Positions 51,109 through 64,000 of a stretch of 64,000 nt of DNA are shown here, piece by piece. The position numbers and the translations under genes are program-made. The notes beneath the pieces were generated by a model. The model had not been told where the DNA came from. It searched no databases and saw only the letters and a program-made list of their open reading frames with translations. The stretch comes from Lepidodermella squamata (Eukaryota; Animalia; Gastrotricha). The stretch spans positions 3,162,001 to 3,226,000 of the forward strand of contig JBLDXI010000017.1 in assembly GCA_047495785.1 (NCBI GenBank). The letters are read 5' to 3'. The first letter of the stretch is position 1. Each line of letters begins with the position of its first letter.

Positions 51109-52272
51109 TGAACAAACATGCTATTTGAATCTTGTTGTTGCTATATTGATAATTTTATTGTTGGATTTCTTATATATATTTTTGCCGGAATTTTTTATGT
51201 AAAAATTGCAACTTTCGATGCAAAATTTCCTTTCGGCCGTAAAATTCTGCCGCTATGTCAAGACGCCACACATATGCTACCTGCAAGCCCATTTTTTTTA
51301 AATGAGCGGAATCTAGTTGAAAATAATTCTCGAACTGTGATCGTTTTTTCGTCGTATGCGTTTTATCTATAGCCGTTCGTGATGGTCATCCTACTTAATA
51401 TTGTGCACTAGTCGAACAAAATCAAATTTTGAGACAGCCAATGACATTTTTTGTTGTCAGCTCGCCATTTACATATATTTTGATATCTGAAATAACGCGT
51501 TAGCAGTTATATCTCAAAGCTTCATTCCATCCTAAAAATCGTGTGTATCAAACATTAGCTATAAAAAAAACGCCGAAATTTGCCAATTTTGCGCTTGAAA
51601 TGTGATAAACATTGTTGATCCTCTCCTTCTTGAAAGTGAACAAACTTCGACCATTTTCTTATATATGCTACACCGGCAAAGTCCAAATGTTATTTACATT
51701 TATCGGCCTGGCTATAATCTGATTCCTCTCCAACGTTAAACATTGCGCAATTATACTACACATAGCCTCAGTTTTCGTCGTCAATTTTTGATAATATTTG
51801 TCGGTTTTGCGTTATTATTTTTTGTCACATTCGCACATTTCCGTCAGACCATCAGTGTTGTAATTTTTGAACAAATAATCTTGTCTGAATTAATGCAATC
51901 AGAGTTTATCTGTCCATAAAAAGAATATTTATTGTATAATATAGCAAATAATAATTATAAAATTCTATGTATAATTGAAAAATATTGATCCTATAAAACA
52001 GCAAAGCCAAGAGCGGAACAAATTTTGTGAACAAATGAAGACAATAAAAGTGAATATTATCACGACATGCTTTGGGTTTTTCAAGTGCCAGTCCCAGTAA
52101 GAATATGTGGTCGCTCGAGTCCATGACCTGCTAAAACCCGTGCAGGTAATTTTGTCACACACACTAATAAATTGGATTAACCTCAAGCGAAGGCGTTGAA
52201 CCATATTAACAGCGTTTGCACTGGTGCAAGTTTTTATTCTCCGGACTTCATGATTACTGTTTCGCTTTAAGG

Positions 52273-55207
52273 ATGAAACATAGATTGGTTCTTTTCGAAA
52301 TAGTCGTCATATGTCCGGCGATTATCGGCTTTTTTGTCGCGATTTCTTCGAAATTACCCGCCGTCGATGCTGCGATCACTATAGCGCTAAATAGCACAGG
52401 GAAGTGGCCTGATGGGATTATTCCTTACAGATATGACCAAACGATTACCAGTCTGTTAATTAAAACTGCCGTGTTCCCCTACATTTACATCCAAATTTTA
52501 TTTCAGATTATTCGAAGGTTGAAAAGATAATGATGGCGATGCAGCAAATCGAACAATTCACCGGGGGTTGTATCAGATTTCGACCGAGAACCTCGAAAGA
52601 CGTCGACTACGTCATAATCCAGGACGAGTCATACACCCAAAATCAAACGTTTGAAAACTATCTAGTCACCTTGAAACTTTATTTCACCACGGCGCCATTA
52701 TTTTTAGGTGCTTCAGCTACGTAGGGAGAACTGGAAAATGGCAACCGGTGCGCTTTTCTGGGAATTGTCTCAACACGACTGGTGACGTTTTGAGTCTTCT
52801 CACCCGAGTGATCGGTCTCTACCCTGGTATGCTTTGTTTTGTGACTCGATCGTTTTTATTTCTCGCTTGAATAGAGAGTAACAGACCTGATCGGGACCAA
52901 TACATATCAATACAGTGGGACTCTATTCTTCAAGACAAGCTGGTCGAATATTCAATCATTCCTTACTCATATCAGATGCACGTATTCGGCGGCGGTTACG
53001 ACTTCGGCTCGATAACTCATTACACGCAATGGCAGTTCTCGAGAAACGTCTCGCTTTACAAAACCTGGCTGCTAAAGCCAGGAGTTCCACATCGTAAATT
53101 TTTCCAAGTTTTTTGGTTGAATTTTACCAGGTTTGTGTGATAGCTGGCATTGAGGTGAATGGGACAATAGGCCAGCGGGTGGGGCTGTCACTCGCCGACG
53201 TAGCTGCGATTCGTTACCTGTACAACTGCAACTATTCAGCAACACTGACTCCTGAGGTGAGTTGCCGAGGCGATCCGTACAGTGGCGGTCAGGGAACTTT
53301 CCAGCGTGGAACTTCTGCTGGGTGGTTCTTCTGCAAGTGCAACGTCAACAACCAAACTGGTGACACTTACTTCTACGGCGAACGTTGTCAATATCAGAGT
53401 AACTCGAGTTTCCTTTACTTCCTCAATGCCTATATTCTTTTCTCGAAAAGGATGCACACCCGATTGCTCGAAGCTTCAGAACTCTGGGTGCAATGTCGAC
53501 GAAACTGGAGAGTTTGCTAAATCAGTTTGCCAGTGTCAATCCGGCTGGGCTGGACCGAATTGCGATCAATGTAAAAACTTCAGATTGATTATAATTCAAT
53601 TTTTATTGTTTCCGGCTGTAGTTTATTGTTCGTCACCTTGCTTAAACGGCGGAGTCTGTACGTGGGCTAATCAATGTCGCTGTCCTCCGGAGTATTCGCC
53701 CTACGGCAACTGTGCCTGTAAGTGTTACATTGTATTAACCAATATCTTACAATTTGATATATTCGAACCATAGCTCTGCCGTATTGCAGTCCGCAATGTT
53801 TGAATGGAGGTAAGCTGAGACAATTTTAACTTTTAACAATTGATTTTTATCCATAAATGATTCCCAAGGTGAATGCATCATGTCATCGACTGGAAGTGGT
53901 GTCTGTCGATGTCAAGTGGGCTGTAAGTCAAAACCTAAAATTTATAATTTTGACCTGAACCTGAACCTTTTAGGGGCTGGGCCTGCTTGCTACGATCGTA
54001 AGTTTTCAATCGAATGGGTAAAGATTATCTATTCCGTGTTGTACTACAGCAATCTGCACGCAACCCTGTTTGAACGGCGGCATGTGTGTGGCACCCAATA
54101 TTTGCAATTGCACGGCCGGTTACACTGGGTACCGGTGCGAGAACGCCATCGTCACCTTCGGCCTGCCTTGCTCGAGCACTTACGAGTGCCAAGTTGCGTG
54201 GGGAGACGTTCATTCTTACTGCAATCTGAATTCATCTTGCCCTGGTGTCAATCGCACATGCGTTTGCAGTGTAATTAATTTTTTTATTAAGTTGGACTTC
54301 TGATTTTTTCCATTTTTTGTTACAGCCCGGTTACGAACGCCTGCCTGACGGTGGACCGTGCCGGCGTCAGCGGAACATCGGCGAGCCATGCAGTTGGCTC
54401 TACGACGTTTGCCAAGCCAACAGCGAGTGTATCGAAGGCCTGTGTACCTGTAATGAAATTAAAGGATGGGTTCGCGGGCCGTTGAATGATTGCGTAAAAA
54501 TGACCAAGTCGAGGACGGTTTGCAAGTACTGGGATGACTGCCTCTACAACAAAAATTGCTCCGACTCGGGGCAATGTGTTTGCCCCATGGGCATGATCGA
54601 AGACACGGCAACGGGCGGATTGACGTGCCGCACAAGTTTGTCCGCTATTCTATTCTAAGATCGCATTGGGTAATTCTGTATATTTTCGAACAGGACAATG
54701 GGGCGAATCTTGTTCAATTGATGAGGATTGTAAATTTGTTGGGGCGAATGCTATTTGTACCACCATCTACAATGCTGATGGCAGCTACAACACTCGAGGC
54801 TGTGATTGTAAAATCGTAAATTTCTCTATTTCTGTTGGCAAAGTTCAAGTGAATGTCTCATTATTTTTAGGGAATGCCGTACGAATATCTTATAACCAGC
54901 TACCGCTCCGGAAAAACTTGTCTGCCACGTGAGTAAAAAACCGTACTATCTGGTTCTTGGTAAACAATATTTTTGAATTTTCACAGCTTTCCCTCAAAAA
55001 TGGGGCGAGCGATGTTCTGTTGACTTTTCACGGCAGCCGCTTTACGGGCCATGCGATCGAAACTTGGTCTGCGAACTTTGCCCTCGCAGCAGGGACGAAT
55101 ATCGATGCCAGAGTTACCTGGCGCCACTGGTCGGCAGCAGCTCTAAACCAGTTGTCCGAAAACTCATATTATTACTTTCTTGTATTATAACAATAATCAA
55201 ACATTAG
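52273..55207 (+). CDS. Astacin-like pseudo-metalloprotease with EGF and EB modules, probably secreted or GPI-anchored
   Basis: KWPDGIIPY, CIRFRPR, CFSYVGR, RPDRDQYI, YDFGSITHY and IGQRVGLSLAD, followed by multiple EGF (CLNGG.C) and EB repeats and a hydrophobic tail. The zinc-binding motif is absent. Confidence 0.85.
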
Positions 55208-55280
55208 AAAGGTTACATAGAAATAAAAAGGAGCGAGTACCGGAGACAGGAAACATGCAAACATATCATGAGGAAAATCA

Positions 55281-56105
55281 CTAATTCAAAAATAATTTAC
55301 CAAAAACTTCGTCATAAATCGATGTGCTGTTACCGTCGCCATAACCATCCCAATACTCGTCGGGATACACGTAAGATTCATTTGACGACGGGCTCAAACA
55401 TGAGTAGTCCGGGATGTCGTAGTAGTATCCATCCGGCGATACAACAGTAATATTCGGACAGGGTACTGTAGTAGACTGTGGGCCAAACGTTACACCATCG
55501 CTATTTTTGGCTGTTGCAGCAGTCAGGGCAGGACCTTGGCTAGCGGTAACTCCTGGAACAGAGCCGCTAACTTTTGATGTAGCTGGTAAGGGCACTAATG
55601 TTGTTAAAGCTGGTAAAGTTGGCAATTGGGGTGTTAGGTTCGGCAAAGTTGGAAGTGGAGGTAAAGTTGGTAAAGTTGGCAGAGGCGAGGTCTGTGGGGG
55701 CTCGGCCGTGGGGAATCCTTCGAGATTTCCCCTTTTCAAAAATGTCCACCTTTTGTTGTAAGTGGGCAAAAGTTGACACTGATCACTTTTCGGCACGCAC
55801 CACTGGCCATTTGGTAGGAAAGCACTGATGCCTACACAATCTGCTCGTTGCAGGCACAATTTCCGACAATCGTACAGCTGTAGAGTGAAAGCTGTAATAT
55901 TCCCACCAGTGCAGTGCTGATGTATATCGACGAAGCCTATTAGAAATGGGCAAATACTAGGTCAACGTCGTACTTTATCAAGGTTTTTACCTGGCAATAT
56001 CACTGTTACTACATCTTCTCGCCAAGTGAAAAGAAGGGTGTCATTCTTACCGAACGCAGCCACACCCAGGAAGAGAAGAGGTAGCGTAAATATGGCAGGA
56101 AGCAT
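55281..56105 (-). CDS. Small secreted protein with one PAN/apple-like 6-Cys domain and a Pro/Thr-rich (LPT)n linker
   Basis: Signal MLPAIFTLPLLFLGVAAF; GFVDIHQHCTGG..DCRKLC..CVGIS..CVPK..C..WTFLKR; LPTLPTLPPLPTLP. Confidence 0.75.
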
Positions 56106-56890
56106 TTTTTGATAATATATATACGGACAGTTTTGGCAGTGAAATGGGGTTTTTTGTTATATATGTGTATATCTAGGTATCCAATTTAGATTGTTAGGCA
56201 AATACCATCTGTCTGGTTGCGACGGTGAGCGACCTTCGGATAACGCTTTTTCTTCGGAATTCTCACGAGCTGCAGCGTAGGTGCGAAAATTCACAGCGCT
56301 GTAACGCTCAAACACAGTCATTTTGTCTTTTATTATTTTGTTTGCTTTTTCTCTCAATAAAAAATGAACATCAACTCGTGGCGCCGCCTTGACACAGAGA
56401 CAATTTTTTGGTAAAATGAATAACAGTAAAACAGTATAGCCGAGTAATGTAACAAGAATAATAAACTATAATAATATGGTATAACTTGTATAAATATAGC
56501 GGGTATGTTTAACGCCATATTTTTTTTATAAATATTTATACGTCTTTTTACATTACAACTTCAGAAATAATGAGGCGATTCTCCAGCAAAAGAGAAATAA
56601 TTATATCTGATGAGTCAGGGCATTGATCAAATCAGCAAGCCGCCCAACCCCGTCTTGGCAATCCTGAACAACCTTGAATATCGGCGGCGAGATGATAGCT
56701 ATGATGAGACGGCGGGACACGAGTGTTATTTCGCGTGTATAAAAAAGACGAGACGGCAACGGAAAATGAGACAACACAAAAGTGATGAGCAATCAAAAAG
56801 TTGTGTTTGAAACACACAGCATGCGATAAGATAGGGTTGTCGTAAAACTGAGAGCTATCCTAATAATCTAACAACGGGCTGAGAGATTCA

Positions 56891-59800
56891 CTAAGACTGC
56901 CGCCGCAGGAAGGTCCAGTCGTCACTTGGGCCCGCCAGTTGGCAGCTTGCGTTCTTCAGGAAGCAGAAGCCAGAGCCACCGAGGCTGATTGAGATTCCAA
57001 CGCACGTTGGCTCGCTGCGGCACGCGGCCTTGCAACGGTCGACGCTGAAGTAGACGAGGGCGGACTCGAGGCTGCCGCCCTTGCAGTGCTGGTGAATGTC
57101 GGCAAAGTCAGACGAGCCCATCCAGCCGCGCTGCACCTCGCTCGGCAAAATCGGGATCGGCACCGGCTTGGTCGTCAGCGTCCAGCCACCCGTATTCGCG
57201 ACTTCCCCGCGCGCTTTCGTGATCAAACTCGCGAGTGGCGCCGACTTCTCATGGCCGATCTTGAACAGATTGCTGAAATCATCCGCTACAGCGCTCATAT
57301 CGTTCGAGTGATGCGGCAAAGTCGACGCTTGCTCGCCGCTGTTCACGAACCGGAAGGCCAGTGATGCCTGCGAATTTTTCGTTGCTGCCGCAGTTGTAGT
57401 CGACGGTTGTTGGGTAGTCGCTAAGTCAAGCTCTTGATCAGCCAGCGGAGGCGTGTGGGAGAAACGCAGCGACATGGTCGCGCCCGGCGACTTGCTATGG
57501 TCTTTACGCAAGAAAGTCCAAGCGTCATTACGGCCACTCGACAGCGAACAGCTCGCACTTTTCGCGAAGCAAGTTTTACTGTCTTTCAGTGAAACAGTGA
57601 TACCGCCGCAACTTTCGCCGGCACTGTCGCACAGCTGCTGGCAGGCGACTAGGTCAAGAACTGCGTCGACATTAAGCGCTCCGCCTCGACAGTGGCGGTG
57701 GGTGTCCGTGTAACCGGGCAGTCGGATCAGCTGAGTCATCAATTGTTGACGGAATAATGCGCTGAATTTGTTGCTAGCATGCGCGACCGAAGATATCGCC
57801 GCATTGACAGCCGCCCTGGCATCGCCCGCCCCGAAACCCGGGCTAGTGGTCGGCTCGTCCGTAGTCGTCAGCGTCGTCGTTGTCGTTGGCGTTGTAGTCG
57901 AGCTGGTAGTCGTTGAAGGCGTTGTAGGCCTTGTTGTTGTGGTAGTGGTGCTAGTCGTAGTAGGCTTGGTGGTCGTCTCGATTTCAGTATAGGCCAAGAC
58001 AACATCGGCGCTATTTTCGTCGTCAGCAGACGGCGGCTTGTTATCATGCGATTTGATGAGGAAAGTCCACTTCTGGTTGATCGGATCCGCTGGCTCGACG
58101 AACCGGCAATCGGCAGCCTTGGGGTAGCATGGGGCCTTGCCACCAGTGGAGACGGTGATGCCGTAACACGCGCTGTGTCGGTTGCATTCGGAAATGCAGT
58201 CGAGCATGTCGTCGTAGTAGTCATCAGCGTCGTGCAGTGATCCGCCCTTGCAGTGCAGGCCTGTCGACAGATAGCCGCTGGGTAGCCACGTCGGCTGTTG
58301 GTCACCGTCACTGCCAAGTACCTTTGTCGCGGCCGCCATCGCCACCTCGTAGATTTCGGACGATGCCAACTCAACCATATGATTCATCTCCGTAGTCGAA
58401 GTAGTCGAGGCCTTTTTGGTCGTAGGCGCCTCAGTCGTGGTGGTGGTCGTCGTTGTCGTCGTTTTCTTGGGGGTTGTAGTTGTTGTAGTTGTCGGTTTCT
58501 CTGTTGTTGCGCTAGTTGTGGTGGACATTGTCGTAGTCGTAGTCGTTGTAGAACTCGAAGTCGTCGTCGCCTCGGTCGAAGTCGTGGTTGGGACAGGTGT
58601 AGATGTTGTGTCGATGAAGAGCAGCGTAGTCGCATCCTCAACTGGCGCTGCAGCTTCTTGAATCACCTTGGGCGAGTGGCGAGTTGCTTCAACGTCTTTG
58701 GCAACTGCAGTAGTCTTGCGAGTAGGAGCTCGGCGTGTCGAAGTTCGGCTCCGGTGAACCAATCGACCAGCACTGATTGGTGGGTGATGGCAGCCGAGAT
58801 CGACAGTCTCGGGGCGACAAGCACAGACCGAAGTGACGAGGGCGTTAGTATCAGGCCATGTTATTAGCGTCTTAGCTTCTTGATACAGACTGGCAGAAGG
58901 GCTTTGGTTCGACCATTCACCGATCTTGACGTAGCCGAACGGGACCGGACTGTGATCCATGCGCCGGTAGACATGATATTCGTACCTATTTTGGAAGAAA
59001 ATTTATTCAAAATAACTTCAAATTTTATTTCAGTCACCTCGCGGGTCCATCGCCGTGATCATCGAAATGGAAATACTGACCAGCTGTGCTGAATCCCTTC
59101 GGAAACTCGAAAGAAATATTCGCAATTATCGCCTGTAGCTTGGCGCCGCGTTGTGTCAGCGACATCAAACGCTCGGGTGAGCAGCGATCGTCACCGCCGG
59201 ACGAACATGCTCGGCTTAGGAACTGGTGGAGGCCATTGGCGGCGGCGTAAATAGCCGTTGACAATAAACCCAAGTGATCCGAAGAAGGGAGATCGTCCGG
59301 TCGCAGCTTGATTGTTGGGTCCAATTCTAAGTTGAAAAGATAGCATTTTTAAAACAATGATAAAGCAAGTGCATATAAACACTTCGAGTCATGCTGATAT
59401 ATAGATACATCAGGCAAACAGAAATGATAATAATTATGCTACAACAATCAGTAGAAGGTAGTAGGAAATTGCTATGCTATAAACTTCAATTTTCTAGTAC
59501 TAAAAAGAAACTCGATTGGAAATGATACTCTAAGATCAAACGATGATTCACTATTTGACTGCCCTGTTAAAATTGAAAATTTTCATCAAGTATAACAAAT
59601 TGATCAATTAAAAAGCAATAAAATAAACAAACTGCATCTTGGCCGGGATGGATCGGCGGCTCTGAAGGTGCATTTGAACTTGTCCTCCCAGAATTCCAGG
59701 AACCATGGATCCGCGTCGGGCTGGAAAGGTGTTTGCGAGGCGAACCAATCGTTGAAGTCGTCGATTTCAGGCGCAGCAGCTCGCAGTGTGATGGCACCGG

Positions 59801-61047
59801 CAGCTACGTCGGTCAAGCCGTCCGGAATCTCGGTGCTCGTGCCCCATGCATCGCCGGCGACGATGACAAACCGCGGCCGGAATTCGCCAACATTTTGCGC
59901 CAAGTCGCGCGACTTCTGTAGTGATGTCATAAGGCCGCGTAAGGTTCCTGATTCGCAGAAACACATGACAGCGGCGGCGGAGGGCGTCTGCTCGAGGTTG
60001 GCGACGATGCGGTCGAAATCACCGGCCACCATGTCGCTGTTAACAGCCGGCGCTTGCGACTCGCTCGCAGTGCAGATGCCAAGTTTTGCTAGGCTGGTCT
60101 TGAGCTCGGTAACACCGTACTCGCCGTACATGCCCTGGCTATAAACGAGATGCACGCATTGCCAGCCGAGCGAGTACGCTAGGCTGGCCATGGCTCGGGC
60201 TTGGTAAATGTCCGACGGCGACGTGCGAGTGTACATTCGGTACCGCCGACGGTCCGACAAGTCACCAGAAGTCGCACCGAAATCGATCTAAAAACAAAAT
60301 TAGTCAAAATTGAATCTACTGAGCTGATCAGAAAAAATTGTTGAAAAAATCAAATATAATTTGTTAATTTTTTTACCTGTGGAATCTTGAATTGCTGTAG
60401 AAGCATGTTCAGTGGCGAGCTTATCCGGCTAAACTCGCTGCCAATAACAACTGCAACAGGTTTCGGCTGCAGTTGCGCTCCGTTTCGCATCATTGTGGCC
60501 GTAATTTTTGTCGTCGCCCATTGCATGGCGCGGACAGTTGCCACTGTCGGCAGGGAACACGCGTCGATGATGTTGTAGCCGAGTTTCACGCCCGGTAAAA
60601 GGTTCGGATTTGCGTTAATCGCTGCGATTGTTCGCCGGAATTGCGAGACCAATAATACTCGAGACGGTACCAAATCGCCGCAAGCATTTCTGTGGAAAGT
60701 GAATAAGCAATTTTTATGCTTGACCACTGAACAGCGAGTTGATTAGTTTAGTTTCCCATGTTATAAAAACTGCATGAAACAAAAAAAAACAAAAAAAAGC
60801 TTCCAAGGCTTTTATAGTTTCAACAAAGCTTGGTTCCCGAACACCAAAGAAAGGTTCAAATTGGCATCTAAGGCCAAGATAATTTGACTTACATCAAGTC
60901 GAAATCTGCTCGCCGCGTTGCGTTCGATTCATGTATGGACATAACAGCGCCGATAATAATGTCACCATCCTTGTACAGCTGATTCGGCTGACAATGTGCC
61001 AGCGAAAGCAGAAGCTGCAAGGGTATAAGCAGAGGCACTGCCTTCAT
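56891..61047 (-). CDS. Secreted metabotropic-glutamate-receptor-like Venus flytrap domain fused to Thr-rich mucin stalks and three PAN/apple-like domains (no 7TM), ~1168 aa
   Basis: Five exons join in frame: 61047-60893, 60689-60377, 60287-59633, 59326-59038, 58985-56891. Motifs GDIIIGA, LLPGVKLG..IIDAC, FKIPQIDFGATS..LSD, YGEYG, CFCE, DPWFLEFWEDKFKC, FDDHGDGPARY, KIGEW, SVC. Confidence 0.88.
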
Positions 61048-64000
61048 GGCTGCTGGCGGGCACGAAGAAGTAGCGATAAGTTGTTTCCAAGTGTTCCGGT
61101 TGTTGAGGTGCAGCTAACGAGTTAAACAATATTGAATGAAGTTAAAATAAATATCATAAAATGCTGGTTAACGCCGTCTAAAAATAACACGCTACAAATT
61201 GACGTGTAGAACAAGCTAAACGGTTGAGTTAATTGAAAAGAATTAAAAATTTCCGTTGTCGGTTTTTGCGGCGCGATACAAGCGAATGCCGTGCTGCTGC
61301 GATGATGGCGCCGGTGATGGCGCCGGTATTTTGTTGTAGGTTCCGAGTTAATCAAGTCGAGGTATTTTTTCTCACCGCGAGCGCGCAACTCAATTAAGCG
61401 CGCGTTACGTATTTGAAGACGCGACAAATTTACCAGAATCGCTCGTCGTGTCTATTATATTAAAACGATGAGCGGCTCTAGTTGTAACAGCATTATAAAA
61501 ATAAAATACTAGTAGTAATAATAATGATAAATGCACAGAAGAAGAATGTATCACTTTCGCGCGCTCAGCAGCAATAATAATGTTAATTGGAGCGACGATG
61601 ATGTAGTTAAAACAAAGCTGGCGATGTACGAGGATGGCTTGCGATGTTAACATTGCTCAATTTTGAGATGCCTAAGCGCGACACGAGTAATGCGAAATTG
61701 GTGTTTGGCGCATTTATTGCCAAGCCGGGCTTTGACGCAAGACGCAAGTGGCGGTATAGAAGTAAGAGATGGTCCGAAATTCCCACAACAAACATAAACA
61801 ACGATAAAACAACAATACCGGCTGTCGAACAGAGTTGCTGCAGGCAGCGCGGTTTCTAATAGCACCACTAATAATAATGGTAGCACAAAAATGTAAGTAG
61901 TTGTTATTTTATACGATTGTACACGCTCGACATACGCCCGACATCACCGAGAGCCATCATCACCTGCCGCCGCAACGACCGCAACGCTGTGTTCAGTGCC
62001 AAAAACCAAGGCAGGCGGCGGCTGTTGCAATTGTTGCGACAGGGCAGAGCGCGCGCGCGTTCTGTGGTGTCATTATAGCTTACTACCAAAACCGCGCTGC
62101 CTTAATAATATCATCATTATTAGGTAGGTTTTGTCCGATGCGCGCATCGCCATTGCGCAGAGTGTTTTGCCGCCACAGCGTTGCACCGGCTAGAGCGGAA
62201 GGCGAACCTCATCGTGAACGCAGCCAAAAAGAACGTATTAGTCGAGCCGTCGAGAGGCTAGATGGTAACAACTAGCGTCAAAACCCTGTGACGCCACTTC
62301 GCTAGCAGTGGACGGCTCAGGTGAGTTGGCGGCGATAACCCCGAAACAACGGCGGCTCACTTTCTGCCGCGCTCGACTAATAGCTCGGCGCTCGAATTAG
62401 CCTTCCTATCTCCTCAGCCTATAACGGGTATCACAGTCGTTCATTCTCGCATTAAGAGGCTATATGAAAGAAAAGCGTCGTTTGTTGAACGTGCGACAGC
62501 TCACCGGTTGCGGCGAAAAACGGCACGTGAAAAAACACCGGCGGAACACCTGGCGGCGGTGGCGGCTTTATTATTTTAAACCCAAACATCGTTGCAAACA
62601 AAGCCGCGCGTTTTGTTATTTTACGCTAAAAAGCGCGACGATGGCGATGCATACGTGAGAAATGGTCGCAAACACGGCCGGGCGATGCCCATTGCCGTTG
62701 CAAATCCGCTGCAATTGTCGACATTATCCGCAAAAATTGACAGGCCGTAACAGTTGCGATGAAAAACGGCAGCGTCCGCGTGAAAAAAATAACATGGAAT
62801 GGTATATCACGGAGACAATAATATTAACGCAAGGCGAGATTGTTGGTGATGAAAGAAAAGCAAGGCGCTTTTTCAATTAACTCGTACGTGTCTTGTGGCG
62901 TGGTCAAGAAAATGTCGCCGTCGCCTTCTTGCCCAGCGAGAGAGCTATCACTGTTGAGTGCATGCGTGCGACGCCATGTTTCTAGGGCAATTCATCGGCT
63001 TTAGCGCCAATGTGACTTGTAATAATATTGTGATTAGCGCTGAAATGTAGCTGTTACAAAACGCGGTGGCATCAGTGCGATCGAGCAATAAACACGGTCT
63101 TGTAAAATAATTCTGACATCGCAGCAGAAGCCGCAAGCGCATCGTTTATGTAACAAAATCACCTCAGTTGACCCCGGCGCGTAAAAAGCGGCACCGCGCG
63201 CTGGCCCCGCCGCCATCGCGCGGGGACACACAGCCGTCGCAATATAAATTAGTAGGCCGTGTCGCACCATATGAGGAAGGTATCAATCGGTTCACACTTT
63301 AAACACGAGGCTCATTAACGGTCTAATCGCACGCAAAACGCTCGCGCTTGTACACAAAATTTTTGCATTGCAAATCGGCGCCCAACAGCTTTAGGTGCAT
63401 TTCGGCTAGGTGCTGCCGGGCCAACGCCTAATATCGGCCAGAAATAATGTGGAACCTATCCGCGACCAAAACTAATAGCGACAAATCAAGCCTGTCGACA
63501 ATTAGTATTCCTTCTTATTTAGACCGAGACTCTTCTCAACTGACCGCATTTTAGGCAAGGTAATAATAAAATCACAATCTATTAAGCAAACATATATATT
63601 GGTAATTAAAACGAAAGGCTAGGGTAATTTGTTGCGTGTTTGGCTTATTGCGGTTTTTCATCTTAAAATTTCATGAGAGGGCGTCTGAAATTAATAAATA
63701 ATGACAATTCGGCTGAAGAAAAGTGATCAGCTAAGGTTAACCCGGCGCGTGCCTCTGAGTGATGCCGAAGCACGCAATATCTCGATTGGAACTCGAAAAA
63801 CAGGTTACACGATTTGTTTACAAGCCGAATAAACGTTGTAATAAGTCAACAGTATGAAATGTTTATTGTTCTCTGGTATATATCAGGTAAAATTTCTCAT
63901 CAAATTTTTTTTACTGTTTATAGCGTCAATTTTCCGTAGATTATTAATACGTTAGCATTTTGTAACATAAGATGAGCACAATTTTATTCAGAAGATATTG

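Noticed and set aside
57768-58661. Plus-strand Val-rich ORFs that look like transmembrane proteins
   Set aside because: They are antisense readings of the Thr-rich (ACN) mucin codons of the minus-strand gene, not a hidden 7TM domain.
1-64000. CRISPR arrays, tRNA/rRNA genes, prokaryotic operons or defence systems
   Set aside because: The sequence is spliceosomal-intron-containing eukaryotic DNA, and I saw no such repeats or RNA-gene signatures. A tRNAscan-SE/Infernal run would be needed to exclude small RNAs.

Overview
Gene-dense eukaryotic (invertebrate) genomic DNA with many ~50-nt GT-AG introns and T-rich (TTTCAG/TTTTAG) acceptors. The architecture and EB-type cysteine modules suggest a nematode-like animal, which is an inference. 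Recognisable genes in order: XPA, MCM4, two tandem MOSC/mARC paralogues, a RING+Rab chimera, PITP, a two-domain C-type lectin, a Cys-rich EB-module protein, a very long coiled-coil protein, Dicer, EFCAB11-like, a BTB/BACK gene interrupted by a 5'-truncated LINE, AGPAT5, a CENP-B-HTH/Crypton(DUF3504) chimera, a catalytically dead astacin-EGF/EB protein, a small PAN-like protein, and an mGluR-like Venus-flytrap protein without a 7TM domain. The most striking items are four unusual architectures whose reading frames I reconstructed by hand: (1) a secreted class-C-GPCR ligand-binding domain fused to mucin stalks and three PAN/apple-like domains; (2) a TRIM37-type RING fused in frame to a CAAX-ending Rab GTPase; (3) a protein joining domains from two transposon superfamilies (pogo/CENP-B HTH plus a duplicated Crypton core-binding domain and a truncated tyrosine-recombinase domain); (4) a Dicer with a dead helicase, inserted C2H2- and SWIM-type zinc-finger motifs and an RGG box. 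All family assignments come from motif recognition by eye; no database search was run.
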